Assembly: GCA_964390725.1 (NCBI GenBank)
Contig: CAYMIW010000005.1
Span: 29,709 to 93,708 of the forward strand
Source of the DNA: an uncultured Syntrophomonadaceae bacterium
GTDB lineage: Bacteria > Bacillota > Dethiobacteria > DTU022
Direction of reading: 5' to 3'
Length of the DNA: 64,000 nt
Shown here piece by piece: positions 53,529 through 63,012 of the stretch. Made by a program: the position numbers and the translations under genes. Every line of letters starts with the position of its first letter. The first letter of the stretch is position 1. The notes below the pieces were generated by a model, which saw only the letters and a list, made by a program, of their open reading frames with translations, was not told where the DNA came from and searched no databases.

Positions 53529-54101
53529 TCAGATGCTGGTTACCAGGGCTGTTACATATTTTCTGCGAATGGTATCTTCGGTTATATCAATTCCGGATGC
53601 TTCGTTATCACTGGATATAATCAGGGCAGGATACACTATACCGGAGATTAATTGTAAAACCTTATACTTAACCTCTTCGTCGTTCCTGAGACCGGTTAAT
53701 TCCCTGACAAGTGGCGTGATGTCGGTTTCGAGAAGACCGAGGTAGAAATTAAGGCTGGTGTTTTCACGTTCTAAGACTCTGGTACCGATCAGATAAATGA
53801 TGCCAGGGTAATCAATCAGGTTTTTTATCAGTTTATCAGCCCAATTTATCAGCCTTTCCTTGATCGGTAATGACTTGTTTTCAAGATTGGTGTAGATCTG
53901 GCGTATGTTTTCCATTAACTGCATCTCAACCTCTTCAAGCAGCTTTTCCTTGGATCCGAAATAATAATTTACCGAAGCCAGGTTAACTCCGGCCCTTCCG
54001 GCTATTTCCCTGATGGTCAGATTAAGGTTTTTTTCCCTGCCAATAATTTCAGCGGCAGTATCCAGTATTTTATTTCTTGTATCGCTTTTTTCAAGAGCCA
54101 T
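53529..54101 (-). CDS. TetR/AcrR family transcriptional regulator
   Basis: TIREIAGRAGVNLASVNYYFGSKEKL HTH; last gene of the MMPL unit. Confidence 0.92.
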   Translation of the reverse strand: MALEKSDTRNKILDTAAEIIGREKNLNLTIREIAGRAGVNLASVNYYFGSKEKLLEEVEMQLMENIRQIYTNLENKSLPIKERLINWADKLIKNLIDYPGIIYLIGTRVLERENTSLNFYLGLLETDITPLVRELTGLRNDEEVKYKVLQLISGIVYPALIISSDNEASGIDITEDTIRRKYVTALVTSI

Positions 54102-54114
54102 TCTATCACCTCAC

Positions 54115-56052
54115 TTATTCGAATAAATTAATTATTTTATACCATAATATTTCTGTCCACAGTTTATTTTCTTCTGTATCCTGGTCTTTGACCTGATCTT
54201 CATCAAGCTCTCTTTCAATTCTGGGAGTTTGCACGATAAAGCGTACTTCGCTGTGCCGGTTGTTCTCATTGTCGGCAAAGGAGCGATAATCATCAGCAAG
54301 CTTCTCCATCAGTTCCAGTTTTGCCTGGCCTGCTCTTGATTCATTGATGCCATCAATTAACTCACTTTTCATAGCTGTTATTCCGCCGGATCTTAATAAG
54401 TCAAGAGCATTTGTCAGTTCAGACTGTCCATCTGCAAGTTGACCCAGAGCAGCGGGCAGTTTTGAAAGGTCGCCAGACATCATCTCTGCATCAGATATAA
54501 AGGCGTCAACCTGATTCAGGTAATCTTCAAAAGAGGCAACTCCCCCGGCAATACCGGCTATTTGACTAACCAGGTTTTCTGACTCTGCCAGGTTAGAAAC
54601 TCTTTCCAGAGCTTCAATCCCTGGCAGGTATTCATTCAGCCACTGATTCTGCAGCGTATCAATACTTTTCTGCAGATCGGTAAGGTCTGTGCCGATGAGG
54701 GCACTTTCTTCAAGCATCTCCTGGAAAAGTTCTTCTCTCATTAAAATGATTAAGCCTGTTTCATAAAGAGGTGATCCTGGGTCGTTGTCCCTGACCAGTT
54801 TTTCAGCTTCTTTTTGGATGGTGGATGAATAACGGTTAAGTTCGTCAAGATCATTTTCAAGTTCGTCAAGACGGCCGCCCAATCTCTGTGATTCAGCAGA
54901 GATAGCCTCTATCTCTTCTGATATAGAATTGCTGCCTGCCATGTTGTCAATATTTTCTACGGCAGCTAAGAGGATGCCCATAGAATCAACCAGTGATTCG
55001 GAATCAATTGCATTTATTAAGTCGGATAGTTGCTCTCGTTGAGCCAGATAATTATCGATCATTAATTGATAATCATCAAAATCGGTTTTCAGTTTCTTGC
55101 TTTCATCTGTAAAGAGGATCAACCCTTTTTCAATTTCTTCTGCTCCGGTGCTTAACTCACCAAAGATTTGATCAAATGATTCGATACCTTCAAGCATTTG
55201 TATAAGAATGCTTTCAATATCTATAGTATTTATCGGCGGCATTTGAGGCATAATCATGAATGAGAAACGGTCCAATTCAATGTCTGCTCCGTTCATGCTA
55301 AACCGCAGTTCTTCTTCAGGGTAGGGGAAAACCATAAAGTTGATACTGACATTTTGCCCCATTACCATGCTTGTTCCATCTCCGGGGTCAATATCTGAAA
55401 AACGCTCCAGGTCCAGCTCAAAAGAACCCTGGACAACCATTGGAACATAGTTAATATCATTTTTATAGGTAAGATTACCGTTGTAGTCATAATAGCTTAA
55501 CGGCTGATCGTACTGGAGGTTGTTGGTAAACTTAATAGCGATTTCAAGGTTTCCTGAATTGCCGGCTAGATCTTCCGGTTCTGTTTCGATGCCGTCAAGG
55601 TAATAACTGATGGAGATTTCCACTGGAAGTTGTTTGTCAACAGTGCCCTGGTAGTAGAGGGCTCCTGTTTCAAAGATTTTGCTGTTCCAGACAACCCTGT
55701 CTTCTTCCAGAATTGGTTCCTCGGTTCCGGTCATGTTGTCTATGTGCAAATAACTACCGTAATCGACAACAAAGCCAGCATCGTGATCAACCTGATCGTA
55801 AATCCGGTTAACAATTGTCAAATCATTCACCTGACCACCATGATCGAGTATTATGTAAACTGTTTCATTCTTAATAGCTTCAGTTACGCCGTCAGGCAGG
55901 TTATCATCCTCCAGGTTACTGCTTTGGAAAGCAGGTCTGTAGGAGTCGGCATTGCTCATTTTATCTTCCGTGACAACAGAATATGCCGCTGCGCTGAGGG
56001 CTAGTAAAGCGATTAGAATTATTGCTATTGGATAGATTAGTTTATTCCTCAT
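54115..56052 (-). CDS. MMPL-associated exported coiled-coil protein (likely start at 56052)
   Basis: Signal peptide MRNKLIYPIAIILIALLALSAAA, K.ETVY..LD..G, LP..I.ISY.LDG....P..LAG.SG, then long acidic helical repeats. Confidence 0.7.
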   Translation of the reverse strand: MRNKLIYPIAIILIALLALSAAAYSVVTEDKMSNADSYRPAFQSSNLEDDNLPDGVTEAIKNETVYIILDHGGQVNDLTIVNRIYDQVDHDAGFVVDYGSYLHIDNMTGTEEPILEEDRVVWNSKIFETGALYYQGTVDKQLPVEISISYYLDGIETEPEDLAGNSGNLEIAIKFTNNLQYDQPLSYYDYNGNLTYKNDINYVPMVVQGSFELDLERFSDIDPGDGTSMVMGQNVSINFMVFPYPEEELRFSMNGADIELDRFSFMIMPQMPPINTIDIESILIQMLEGIESFDQIFGELSTGAEEIEKGLILFTDESKKLKTDFDDYQLMIDNYLAQREQLSDLINAIDSESLVDSMGILLAAVENIDNMAGSNSISEEIEAISAESQRLGGRLDELENDLDELNRYSSTIQKEAEKLVRDNDPGSPLYETGLIILMREELFQEMLEESALIGTDLTDLQKSIDTLQNQWLNEYLPGIEALERVSNLAESENLVSQIAGIAGGVASFEDYLNQVDAFISDAEMMSGDLSKLPAALGQLADGQSELTNALDLLRSGGITAMKSELIDGINESRAGQAKLELMEKLADDYRSFADNENNRHSEVRFIVQTPRIERELDEDQVKDQDTEENKLWTEILWYKIINLFE

Positions 56053-58159
56053 TGTGTGAAGCCTCCAGGTATTTTCCCTGATTTGTTCTATTTTTTGTTC
56101 CCGGCCAGTTGATGGTAAACTTGCCAATTCCATGGTTGAATACAATTAAAAGCCCGGGAAGCAGAGCAAACATGACAATCATGCTTATTAAAGCTCCCCG
56201 CCCGATTAACATGGTCATTTCCCTGGTAGTTTTAATCCCGGCAACAACTGATATGCTAAATGTTGCTGAAAAAAGAATCAACGCACTGGTTAGAATAGAC
56301 CTTCCGGTTTCCTGAAGAGTTTTTATTGCTGCGCCGCTTCGCGAAACTATTACCTCCAGGTTATCCCTATACCGCAGTGTATAGAGTATGGCGTAGTCAA
56401 CTGTGGCTCCGAGCTGTATAGCCCCGATAATTATCGGGGTAAGTGAGGAGACAACCTGATCCTGGTAATAGAGCATACTGATGTTAATCCAGATTGCCAG
56501 TTGCACGGCCAGAACGAGCAGTACCGGAAGGGCTAACGATTTTAAACTGAGTCCAACAATTAACCCGATCGCCAGTATTGATACAATGGCAACGTTACGT
56601 GCATCACCAACCGATAAAGAAGCCATATCACGGGTTACAGCGGTTGGCCCGGTAACATAGTATTCTTCATAAAGAGCAGCTGTATTTCTTCTGATCAGGT
56701 CAACGGTATTAAAAGCTTCTGTTTCGTTTAAAGATGGGGATAGAAATACCATCATGTTCCTGTATCCTCCGGAAAGGAATTCTTCGGATATTTCATCCGG
56801 AATAATAATATCGGGCAGCGCCTGGTCAACCTGTGATGTAATGGCAAGAACTGAATCAACAGTGCCAATCTGTTCCAAGGTGGTTACCAGATCGTGTTCC
56901 CTCTGCCTTCCAAGGTCTGCGGTTATTACATATAGAATATCAACTGCTCCGTACTCGTCCATTATTTCATTTGTATCGTTTACTGCTATAGAATCAAGAG
57001 GCAGATAATTTTCATTGGAATAATAGAAATCAACCTTATTCTGTCCCAGGTAAGCCGGAACTGCCAATATTAGAAATATTACCAGGAAAACCCGGTAGTG
57101 CCTGATCATAAAAGGTGCAATCTTCTTGAATGAAGGCAGTAATATTTTGTGCTTAAACCGGCTGCTAAAGGGATAAAAAGTTATAATCAAACCGGGCAAA
57201 AGGGTTAATGTTACGATAAGGCTGATTACAATTCCTTTTGCCAGCACAAATCCCATGTCGCTCCCTATGCCGTTTTTCATCACTATCAGGGCGCTAAAAC
57301 CGCCGATGGTTGTTAAAGCACTTGAGGCAACAGTAACTGCTGTTTTGTTGACGGCAGAAACCATTGCTTCCTCGATATTGCCCGATCCCTCTTTTTCTTC
57401 TTCCAGCCGGTGCATTAAAAATATGGCATAATCAAGCGAAATACCCAGCTGCATTACGGCTGCTATCGAAGCAGTTAAAAAAGATATCTCGCCCCTGAAT
57501 ATATTGCTGCCCATATTTATTACTATTGCTACTCCAACAGCAACCAAAAACAGAATTGGATCAAGATAAAGCGATGTTGATATTGTTAAAACAATTAGGA
57601 TAATAACCGCTGCCAGAACAGTATAAATCAACATTTCATCATCAACAGCCGTTTGCATTTCAGCCAGTATAGCCGGTTCGCCACCAAAATATATTTCTTC
57701 ATCATGTACGGTCAGTTCACGTATGGACATTACAGCCGCGATTGTATCCGGGCTGCGGGCATTATCGCTGAATTGGACCTGCATCAGAACGGTACTTTCA
57801 GTTCTGAAACGCTCCTGTATTTGCGGGTCGGTAAATTCCGGGGGCATATAGATATCAGTGTAGTCCCCCAGCCAGATCACATCTTCTACTCCCTCTATGT
57901 TATTTACATCTGAAATGAGGTATTCAATTTCAAAGGTTTCTTTGTCACGGGCCATCAATATGCCAAGAGCCGATAGTGAAAATTCTTGTTCGAGAATATC
58001 TTCACCCAGACGTGAATTTTGTTGCTCGGGCATATACGAAATCAGGTCGTAATTAACGCCGGTAAGCAGATACCCCAGGGCAGCAGGTATTAATAGTATT
58101 AGGTAAGCAGCTATGATCAGTTTGCGGTATTTGACAACAAATTGTCCCAATTTCAGCAT
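56042..58159 (-). CDS. MMPL/RND family transporter
   Basis: Duplicated QLGISLDYAIFL / QLGATVDYAIL motifs, SSALTT.GGF; 12 TM architecture. Confidence 0.9.
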   Translation of the reverse strand: MLKLGQFVVKYRKLIIAAYLILLIPAALGYLLTGVNYDLISYMPEQQNSRLGEDILEQEFSLSALGILMARDKETFEIEYLISDVNNIEGVEDVIWLGDYTDIYMPPEFTDPQIQERFRTESTVLMQVQFSDNARSPDTIAAVMSIRELTVHDEEIYFGGEPAILAEMQTAVDDEMLIYTVLAAVIILIVLTISTSLYLDPILFLVAVGVAIVINMGSNIFRGEISFLTASIAAVMQLGISLDYAIFLMHRLEEEKEGSGNIEEAMVSAVNKTAVTVASSALTTIGGFSALIVMKNGIGSDMGFVLAKGIVISLIVTLTLLPGLIITFYPFSSRFKHKILLPSFKKIAPFMIRHYRVFLVIFLILAVPAYLGQNKVDFYYSNENYLPLDSIAVNDTNEIMDEYGAVDILYVITADLGRQREHDLVTTLEQIGTVDSVLAITSQVDQALPDIIIPDEISEEFLSGGYRNMMVFLSPSLNETEAFNTVDLIRRNTAALYEEYYVTGPTAVTRDMASLSVGDARNVAIVSILAIGLIVGLSLKSLALPVLLVLAVQLAIWINISMLYYQDQVVSSLTPIIIGAIQLGATVDYAILYTLRYRDNLEVIVSRSGAAIKTLQETGRSILTSALILFSATFSISVVAGIKTTREMTMLIGRGALISMIVMFALLPGLLIVFNHGIGKFTINWPGTKNRTNQGKYLEASHNEE

Positions 58160-58202
58160 AAAAGTTTCCTGTTCAGTTCAGCAAACATATATTTAAAATG
58201 TT

Positions 58203-58264
58203 TGATTTAAACAATTGTTTAAATCATTTGTTTATATTATAAAGCTTCATTATCTAAAAGTCAA
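58203..58264 (-). promoter_or_regulatory. Sigma-A promoter of the MMPL operon with a 24-bp perfect palindromic operator just downstream
   Basis: Minus strand TTGACT(58264-58259)-N17-TATAAT(58241-58236); TGATTTAAACAA-TTGTTTAAATCA at 58203-58226. Confidence 0.8.
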
Positions 58265-58341
58265 TGGCAGGAATTATTCGTGTGGAGAAGGAAATACCTG
58301 AGGTATTGATTTTATCAAATAACTATTGGGGAGATGAAAAA

Positions 58342-58632
58342 ATGATTGCCATTATTGCAAAGTTAAAAATTAAAAGCGGCATGGAAGAAAAGGCAGCATA
58401 TGCCACTTTAAGAATGGCAGATCAGGTTAATAAACAGGAAAAGGAATGCTTATATTATGAACCATACATGACTGCTGAAGGAACAGGTGAAATATTTATA
58501 TTAGAAAAGTATACCGGAATGGAAGCTCTTGAAAAGCACAGGAACTCACTTCACTATAAAGAATTTGGAGAAACACTTAAGGATGCCCTGGAAGGCCCGC
58601 CTGAAGTACAGATGCTAAAAGCATTAAGTTGA
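58342..58632 (+). CDS. ABM-domain protein (putative quinol monooxygenase; likely start at 58342)
   Basis: IIAKLKIK.G.E, E..CL.YE and E.Y....AL..H..S.HY pattern; GGGGAG RBS. Confidence 0.82.
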   Translation: MIAIIAKLKIKSGMEEKAAYATLRMADQVNKQEKECLYYEPYMTAEGTGEIFILEKYTGMEALEKHRNSLHYKEFGETLKDALEGPPEVQMLKALS

Positions 58633-58670
58633 TCACTGATTAGTGTATCCCGGGTGCCTGTTGATAAACT

Positions 58671-59432
58671 CTACAGTTGGGCAGGATTTGCTGTTGAACA
58701 GGGGAGTCCTACCAGGCATTTTCCGCATACATCAGCAATCTTTTCGAGATCTTTGAAGCGAGCGGCATTAGTCAGGCACATTTCATAGCATTTATGTTTA
58801 TCCAGGGAATCTATTAATAAAGCTGTATTCACACATTTATCTACGCAGATTCCACAGGATCCATCGGCCAGGTAGAGACAATACTCAGTAGTAGGCCTGG
58901 CCGTTGGTTTCAATTCAAGATCGGTAATCAGGGATCCGATACGTCCACAGCACCCTTTTGCAGTAATCAACATATGGTTAACCCCGAAGGTTCCCAGCCC
59001 GGCGATGTAAGCAGCGCTGCGGTGCGACCAGTCGCTTAATAAAGTGGTTTCATTAAAATTATGGGTGGCCGGTATATGAACAGCATGATAACCTTTAGCG
59101 TTAATTATTGAGCAGAGATGTTCACCGGTTGCTTTAATCAAATCATTAGTTTCAATGTAGGACAAGGCCCATGATTTGGAACAGAGACGGCCCTGCTTAT
59201 TACTGTTAATAACCTGCTTATGAAAAGGGATGAAATAAGTAATTACCGATTTTGCTCCTTCTAATAAATCTTCCGGCAGGGCATGACCGGGATGAATAAT
59301 CTGTTTCAGCCGGCTAAAAAGTGGATCTCCTGCACTGGCAAAAGCTATAAGAGGTTGTTCCCACCCCCTGTTTTCCGGTTGCTGATAATCAACAACATAA
59401 GCTTCTATTGCCTCTTTAATGATTGTCTCCAT
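58671..59432 (-). CDS. QueG/reductive dehalogenase-like Fe-S protein (epoxyqueuosine reductase family; likely start at 59432)
   Basis: SDWSHR.AAYIAGLGTFG.N..LIT.KGCCGR.GS; C......CGICVDKC, C...C and CGKC....PC cysteine clusters. Confidence 0.8.
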   Translation of the reverse strand: METIIKEAIEAYVVDYQQPENRGWEQPLIAFASAGDPLFSRLKQIIHPGHALPEDLLEGAKSVITYFIPFHKQVINSNKQGRLCSKSWALSYIETNDLIKATGEHLCSIINAKGYHAVHIPATHNFNETTLLSDWSHRSAAYIAGLGTFGVNHMLITAKGCCGRIGSLITDLELKPTARPTTEYCLYLADGSCGICVDKCVNTALLIDSLDKHKCYEMCLTNAARFKDLEKIADVCGKCLVGLPCSTANPAQL

Positions 59433-59456
59433 TAGCATCCACCTCAATTATCTTTT

Positions 59457-60263
59457 TCAATCAGCAGTAAGAAAATGTCGTGTTACAATCAAAATTACCA
59501 GGGCAGCAAGCATCATCATGGCAGCCATTGTTACTGCAGTTTCCATTTCACCGGTTGAAAAGCGCAGGTAAATGGCTACCGGCATAGTTTCGCTGTAGCG
59601 GGCTATAGTTCCTGCCAGCATAATTGTTGCACCGAACTCGCCCAGGGCGCGGGCCCAGGCTAACAGCAGGCCGGATAATATACCTTTGTAGGCCAGGGGC
59701 AGGGTTATCCTGGTAAAAACACGAGCAGGGCTGTCTCCCAATGTTGTCGCAGCTTCCTCAAGACTTTGTTCTACTTTATTGAAAGAAACCTTGATTGTTC
59801 GCAGGGCATAAGGGGTCGCGATGAAAAACTGGGCCATAACCGCGCCGGCAGGAGTAAAGATAAACCTGATTCCCTGTGCTGCCAGCCAGTGACCTGCAGG
59901 CGAGCTAAACAGAACCAGCAGGGCTAAACCGCTGACCAGGGGAGGAACCAGCACTGGAAGGTAAAGGATGCCTTCTGCCAGATCCTTGCCTGGAAAGGTA
60001 TAACGTGACAGGATGTAAGCTGAAGGGATGGCAAACAGGCCGCCCAATAATGTAGCTGCAGTAGAAGAAAACAGGCTGAACAGGAGCGGACGATAAAATT
60101 CTGTCGATGTAATGATTGAAAACAGGCTGGATTTTTGGATCAGGCTGAAAAGAGAAAGGTAGGCAGAAAGAACCAGGATTAATAAAATCGTAAACAAAAA
60201 TATAAAAGTGACTTTTAACCAGTTAACTGACATAAGTATCCTCTGGCTGATTTTATGTTGCAA
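59457..60263 (-). CDS. modB: Molybdate/tungstate ABC transporter permease
   Basis: LP.LVPPLVSG.ALL, LEEAA.TLG, WARALGEFGATIMLAG and ETMPVAIY. Confidence 0.9.
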   Translation of the reverse strand: MQHKISQRILMSVNWLKVTFIFLFTILLILVLSAYLSLFSLIQKSSLFSIITSTEFYRPLLFSLFSSTAATLLGGLFAIPSAYILSRYTFPGKDLAEGILYLPVLVPPLVSGLALLVLFSSPAGHWLAAQGIRFIFTPAGAVMAQFFIATPYALRTIKVSFNKVEQSLEEAATTLGDSPARVFTRITLPLAYKGILSGLLLAWARALGEFGATIMLAGTIARYSETMPVAIYLRFSTGEMETAVTMAAMMMLAALVILIVTRHFLTAD

Positions 60264-60266
60264 GGC

Positions 60267-60902
60267 TTATCCGGCAAGGGCTCTTTTGGGTGGTATCAGG
60301 CAGAGCCTGTTATCAATCCAGTTCAGCAAATCCTGTCGGATATGAGTGGCAATAATTATTTCTGTTTGATAGGTCTCCCGGTATTCGTTGAGCAGGGATG
60401 ATACCTGGCGGCAAAGTTTCAGGTCTAACCCTGTGAACGGCTCATCGAGTAGCAATAGCGCTGGTCTGTGTAAAAGAGAACGAGCCAGCATCACCCGGCG
60501 TGCTTCACCCCCCGAGAGGCAGGCTGGGTGTTTATGTTCCAGGGTATCAAGACCCAGTTTTTTAATAACTGAATGGTAAAGATCGGGTGTTTGACTTTTC
60601 TTTTTTATCGAATAAAGAATATTTTGGCTCACGGTCAGGTGAGGGAAAAGGCTGTTTTCCTGGCTCATTAAAGTTGCCTTGCGTTTGGCAGGAGGAATGT
60701 TCAGGCTGCCCTCCCGGAAAAAAAAGCTGTCATTGAAACTAATATAGCCATGGTCAGGCTTTTCCAGGCCGGCAATACATCTCAGCAGGGTTGTTTTTCC
60801 TGATCCCGATTGGCCGCTGAGCAGGGTGGCATTTTGAGAGGTACTTAATTCTGTAGTCAGGCTAAAACCGGGATAGGATTTAGTTATGGATACTTTTAGC
60901 AA
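60267..60902 (-). CDS. modC: Molybdate ABC transporter ATP-binding protein (short, no TOBE domain)
   Basis: GQSGSGKTT..RCIAGL, LFPHLTV, LSGGE and LLLDEPF. Confidence 0.85.
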   Translation of the reverse strand: MLKVSITKSYPGFSLTTELSTSQNATLLSGQSGSGKTTLLRCIAGLEKPDHGYISFNDSFFFREGSLNIPPAKRKATLMSQENSLFPHLTVSQNILYSIKKKSQTPDLYHSVIKKLGLDTLEHKHPACLSGGEARRVMLARSLLHRPALLLLDEPFTGLDLKLCRQVSSLLNEYRETYQTEIIIATHIRQDLLNWIDNRLCLIPPKRALAG

Positions 60903-60954
60903 GGCTCATCATTCCTTTGACAGCATAATAATTGGGTTTACTTTAACTTGGTAA

Positions 60955-61797
60955 TCATTTTAAGCTTGCATCACCGTAGTTATGCTTTTCAAATATTGCA
61001 CGTCCGGCAGGTGAACAGAGAAAATCAACAAATAACTCAGCGTCAGTTCTGTTTAGGGAAGAGTTCAATACTGCTGCAGTGATTAAGGTTGGAGCATTAA
61101 TCTCCGGCGGGATCATGATAAAATCAACTTTATCTTCCAGTTCCCCACCGGAATTGCGTCCGGTGATTCCGGCGTCAGCCTGGCCAAGGGCAACATTCAG
61201 GGCAATTTGGGGAGCTGTTGCCGGCCTGTTGATTATGTTGGGAACAACCTGATCAAGTATTCCCTGTTCGCCCAGTATTCTCTCCGCTGCCTGGCCCATG
61301 GCGGCAGAGCTTTCACAGATTACTACTCTTAAACCGGGCCTGGTCAGATCAGCTATTGTTTCAATTCCAAGCGGGTTTCCGGTTTCTACAACAAGAGCTG
61401 GAACGAATAAAGCTAAATCAAACATTTCATCGGCCAGGTCGTCGGAAATAACTTTTTCCATAAATTGCAGTTCGGATGAAATAAATATGTCTCCTTCGCT
61501 GTGCAGTTTAAGCTGGGTTACAAGCCGTCCTGAATTGTTATAGACAAACCTAAAATTGATCGGGTCGTTAGTGAAATTCCGGTTATACTCTGCGGCTGCA
61601 TCTTCAACCGCTTCCCTGATGCCGGCAGCAACATATAAAAGTAGTTCGGGTTGTTCTTTTTGCATATCTTCGGCATTAATCTCCGTTTTTTTAGCCTGTA
61701 GTGTATTGCACCCTGCCATAATTGCAAGAGGAATTAAGATCGCCGGCATAAGTCTAAAAACAAGAATCGCGTGTGCAGCAGGTTTTCTAAAATACAT
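60955..61797 (-). CDS. modA: Molybdate/tungstate ABC substrate-binding lipoprotein (likely start at 61797)
   Basis: Lipobox MAGC, AAG, SG.L..Q, GNPLGI..IADL and F.DFL.S..GR.IF.K. Confidence 0.85.
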   Translation of the reverse strand: MYFRKPAAHAILVFRLMPAILIPLAIMAGCNTLQAKKTEINAEDMQKEQPELLLYVAAGIREAVEDAAAEYNRNFTNDPINFRFVYNNSGRLVTQLKLHSEGDIFISSELQFMEKVISDDLADEMFDLALFVPALVVETGNPLGIETIADLTRPGLRVVICESSAAMGQAAERILGEQGILDQVVPNIINRPATAPQIALNVALGQADAGITGRNSGGELEDKVDFIMIPPEINAPTLITAAVLNSSLNRTDAELFVDFLCSPAGRAIFEKHNYGDASLK

Positions 61798-62833
61798 CGC
61801 TATAGCCACCCTTGCCAAATGAGCAGTTTGGAAAAACACAGGTTTTGCAACGACGGCACAGACCTCCATGCCCGAGAGCGGCAATTTCACCGGCACTGAC
61901 TTTTTGGCCTGCCACTATACGTGGCAAAATAATGTCAAGAACAGTGTTTTTAAAATACATTCCGCAGGCGGGAAGGCCAATCAACGGAATATCTCCTTTG
62001 TAAGCCAGCATAAACATGGCTCCCGGAAGAGCCGGAGCGCCGTATTTGATTATTTCAGCGCCTGTATTTTTTATCCCGGTGGGGGATACATCATCCGGAT
62101 CAACAGACATACCTCCCGTTACGATAATCATTTCACAGTCCTGATGGATTAAATCAAGTATTTCGGCAGATATCTGTCCGGCATCATCATTACAATACCT
62201 GATCAGGGGTGCTTCAAGACCAAAATGGGATAATTTCTCTGCAAGAATGGGGGCGAAACCATCTTTGATGCGTCCTTCATATACTTCTCTGCCTGTTATA
62301 ACACAGCCTGCCTTAAAAGGGAGATAAGGCAGGACCCTGGCCGGAGGGTCGCCCTCCATGCAGATTTTTTCTACTTCAGACACGGTTGATTTATTAACAA
62401 CCAGGGGGATAACCTTGGCGCCGACAAGCAGGTCATCACTGCTAACCGGTGAATTGTCATGCAGGGTTGAAACAACTACATCGGTGATGCAGTTAATACG
62501 GTACAAACGGGAAACATCAATTTTAAACAGTCCCGCTTCCCGGGCTAACAAGTTGACGCGACCTTCCGAAGGCTTGCTAATGGTCAGCCCGGGGCCGGCG
62601 AGGGCAGAAGCAATACGGTGTCCGGCATCATCTTCGTGCAGGTCTTCTTTTTCCAGCTCAAGAACATATATATGATTTTTCCCCAGGTCGAGCAGTTTTT
62701 CAACATCATCACTGACGATGCGATGACCTTTTTTATACAGGGCACCTTTGTAAACACCTTTTTCAATTTTAGTAATATCATGACATAGTAACCTGCCAAC
62801 TGCTTTTTCTGTTTCCAGTTGGTGCATTTTCAA
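61787..62833 (-). CDS. Molybdopterin-binding (MoeA/MogA-like) protein
   Basis: L.HDIT.I, LHEDDA, EGRVNL, TGGMSVDPDD.SP, YGAP.LPGAMF and GGLC..C..C.FPNC.FGK. Confidence 0.85.
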   Translation of the reverse strand: MKMHQLETEKAVGRLLCHDITKIEKGVYKGALYKKGHRIVSDDVEKLLDLGKNHIYVLELEKEDLHEDDAGHRIASALAGPGLTISKPSEGRVNLLAREAGLFKIDVSRLYRINCITDVVVSTLHDNSPVSSDDLLVGAKVIPLVVNKSTVSEVEKICMEGDPPARVLPYLPFKAGCVITGREVYEGRIKDGFAPILAEKLSHFGLEAPLIRYCNDDAGQISAEILDLIHQDCEMIIVTGGMSVDPDDVSPTGIKNTGAEIIKYGAPALPGAMFMLAYKGDIPLIGLPACGMYFKNTVLDIILPRIVAGQKVSAGEIAALGHGGLCRRCKTCVFPNCSFGKGGYSDVF

Positions 62834-62876
62834 TTATAAGCACCTTCTTTTGCTATAAGTTGATCATCCTTCAGGG

Positions 62877-62900
62877 CGTTATACTTGACAAAGTATAACG
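62877..62900. promoter_or_regulatory. ModE-type operator palindrome
   Basis: CGTTATACTT-GACA-AAGTATAACG, matching the CGTTATA...TATAACG ModE-type consensus, 44 nt upstream of the Mo operon. Confidence 0.75.
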
Positions 62901-63012
62901 AAATATTAATTATTCCCTTCCCCCGGAAGCGGGAGAAGGGTTATACAGCTTGATTATAGTCAGCATCTGCCCAAACTGTCAACACATAAATAAAAAAGGA
63001 ATCAAAAAATAT

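Noticed and set aside
62834-63012. Moco/Wco riboswitch upstream of the Mo operon
   Set aside because: Only a DNA palindrome and one hairpin (~62916-62940, more likely the glpD terminator) are visible, with no multi-stem Moco RNA architecture.
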